Positions 62,040 to 64,000 of a stretch of DNA of 64,000 bases are shown piece after piece. Source of the stretch: Chiloscyllium plagiosum (Eukaryota); contig NC_057720.1 in the NCBI RefSeq assembly GCF_004010195.1, forward strand, positions 8,935,491-8,999,490, in the 5' to 3' direction. Within the stretch, counting starts at the first letter, position 1. The number at the start of each line of letters is the position of its first letter. Under the pieces are notes generated by a model. It had not been told where the DNA came from. It was given only the letters and a program-made list of their open reading frames with translations, and ran no database searches. A program made the translations under genes and the position numbers.

Positions 62040-62772
62040 GTCAAAGAGTCAGACAGCACAGAAACAGACCCTTTGGTCCAACCAGTCCATGTCAACCAGA
62101 TATCCTAAACTATTCTAGTCTCATTTGCCAGCATTTAGCCCATATTCTTCTAAACCCTTCCTATTCATGTAACCTGCCTTTTAAATGTTGTAATTGTACC
62201 AGCCTCCACCACTTTCTCCGGCAACTCATTCCATACATGCACCACCCTCTACATGAAAAGGTTGCCCCTTAGGTACCCTTTAAATCTTTCCCCTCTCACC
62301 CTAAACCCATGCCCCCTAATTTTGGACTCCCCTACCCCGGGGATAAGATCTTGGTTATTCAGCCTGTGACGTTCCAGGGAAAATAACACCAGCCTATTCA
62401 GCCTCTCCCTGTAGCTCAAATCTTCCAACCCTGGCAACATCCTTGTAAATCTTTTCTGAACCCTTACAAGTTTAGCACATATTTCCTACAGCAGGGAGAC
62501 CAGAACTGAACGCTGTATTCCAAAAGTGGCCTAATCATTGTCATGTATAGCCACAGCATGACCTCCCAACTCCTATACTCAATGCACTGACCAATAAAGG
62601 AAAGCATACCAAACACAGTCTTCACTATCTTATCTACTTGCGATTCCTCTTTCAAGGAACTATAAATCTGCACCCCAAAGTCTCCTTCTTCAGCAACACT
62701 CCCCTGACTTTACCATTAGATGTATAAGTCCTACACTGATTTGTTTTTCCAAAACACAGCACCCCACATTTA
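62040..62772 (-). mobile_element. HER1/CR1 LINE 3' fragment
   Basis: IRPLLEYSVQFWSP; LPGLEDLSYRERLNRL. Confidence 0.88.
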
Positions 62773-63304
62773 TTGTGTTGGGGTGGCAGGAGGGGGTGTG
62801 GGACTTACTAACATACAAGACTTATTGCATAAGTCTTGCTTGCAAGTCTACAGGCAATTGGTCGGTTTCACCTAGAATACTGTGCGCAGTTTAGGGAGTC
62901 TTACTGAAGATAGAAGCAGTTCCAAAACGGTTCACTGATTATTGAAATGAGTTTGATTTCATATTGGCTTGGGTTTACCTCCAGCAGGTTGACTTATCCT
63001 CTTACGCTATCGCTCATAACATGAGGAACTGCCATGAATCGGTATTTAAGAATCCAACAGACATTTCTTGCAACTGACTACTATGCAGTTAATGTCTGAG
63101 CTAGCGTTAAGCTATTAGATCATTACAGAATGCATTAAGCAGCAAATTCCATGTAGTGTGTCATGCTTTCCGGGTTAAAATGGAGTCTGAGATCTTTACA
63201 CGTTCAGGTCACAGGCTATGGTACAGTGATATCGTGAGTAGTTCTTTAAAGGTGTACTGACATACTGACTGTGAGACATAACACAACGCTTGTCAGTAAG
63301 AATT

Positions 63305-63344
63305 GAGTTCTGAGGAAGGATCACTTGATCCGAAATGTTAACTC
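63305..63344 (+). ncRNA. Minimal type I hammerhead ribozyme motif in a PLE family 2 terminal repeat (63305-63445)
   Basis: GAGTT-CTGAGGA-a-GGATC-actt-GATCC-GAA-ATGT-T-AACTC; stems I and II pair perfectly; ACGT has decayed to ATGT. Confidence 0.65.
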
Positions 63345-64000
63345 TGATTTCTCTCAGCAGACGCTGCCAGACCTGTTGAGTTTTTCCAGCAGTTTCTATT
63401 TTCCTCTCTGATTCACAGCATCTGCAGTTCTTTTCATTTTTATTTAGTAGTCCCTTCTAAATCTCCTACCTATCCTGTTAAAACTGTGCCCACTCATTAC
63501 TGACTCTTCAACTAAGGAGATTAGCTGCTCTCTATTCACCCTGTCCATGCCCCTCATAATCTTATACCCCTCTGTCAGCCAACCTTCTCTACTCCAAAGA
63601 AAATAACCTGAGTTTATCCAGCCTCTTTTAATAGCTGCTGAAAGCTGTTGCTTCCAACCAGTAAGTCAGGGATTTTATAACTTTTATCTGCTCCTACTGC
63701 AAGGAAGTGCAATGCTTAGACAACAAGGATTGAAAAACAGCAAGCCCCAGTAAGGGAAAGCATCATTTCAGTGAATCCTGTGGATAGCGGCCATTGACCT
63801 GCTTTCACAGTGCTTTCTGCCTCCAGTTAAAACACCACTGTGTTCCTCTCTCTCTGTCTGCATGCAAAGAGGAAGTCTTATATCAGACTCAGAGTTTTAA
63901 CAAGGAGAGTTGTATGTCTGTCATTTATAGTTGTTTAGCTGTATCTGGAATCTATTTCTTCATAACAATCAAATAATCCCTGTTAAGTGCTCTATGTCGG

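Overview
Eukaryotic, repeat-saturated non-coding DNA, almost certainly from an elasmobranch (shark). This is inferred from the HE1-type V-SINEs, the HER1/CR1 LINEs and the SacSINE1-like Deu-SINE remnants. I find no intact host protein-coding gene, tRNA, rRNA or CRISPR array. The informative ORFs are decayed retroelement fragments: CR1 ORF1 SGNH esterase, APE endonuclease and reverse transcriptase; Rex1/Babar RT C-terminus; and Penelope GIY-YIG C-terminus. The most interesting signal is roughly 20 insertions from three Penelope-like (PLE) families. Their terminal repeats carry minimal type I hammerhead ribozyme motifs (CTGANGA-stem II-GAAACGT/H). Many are short fold-back palindromes with 9-15 bp target-site duplications (TSDs). 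Two are ORF-deleted mini-elements, and one of these has a ~272-nt repeating ribozyme-bearing unit that resembles a retrozyme. Other features: a ~250-bp inverted duplication that preserves a pre-insertion site, deep TE nesting, a probably undersized N gap, one candidate exon and a few candidate regulatory islands. Boundaries of old repeats were read by eye and are approximate (about +/-20 bp). Family names come from recognition, not from database searches.
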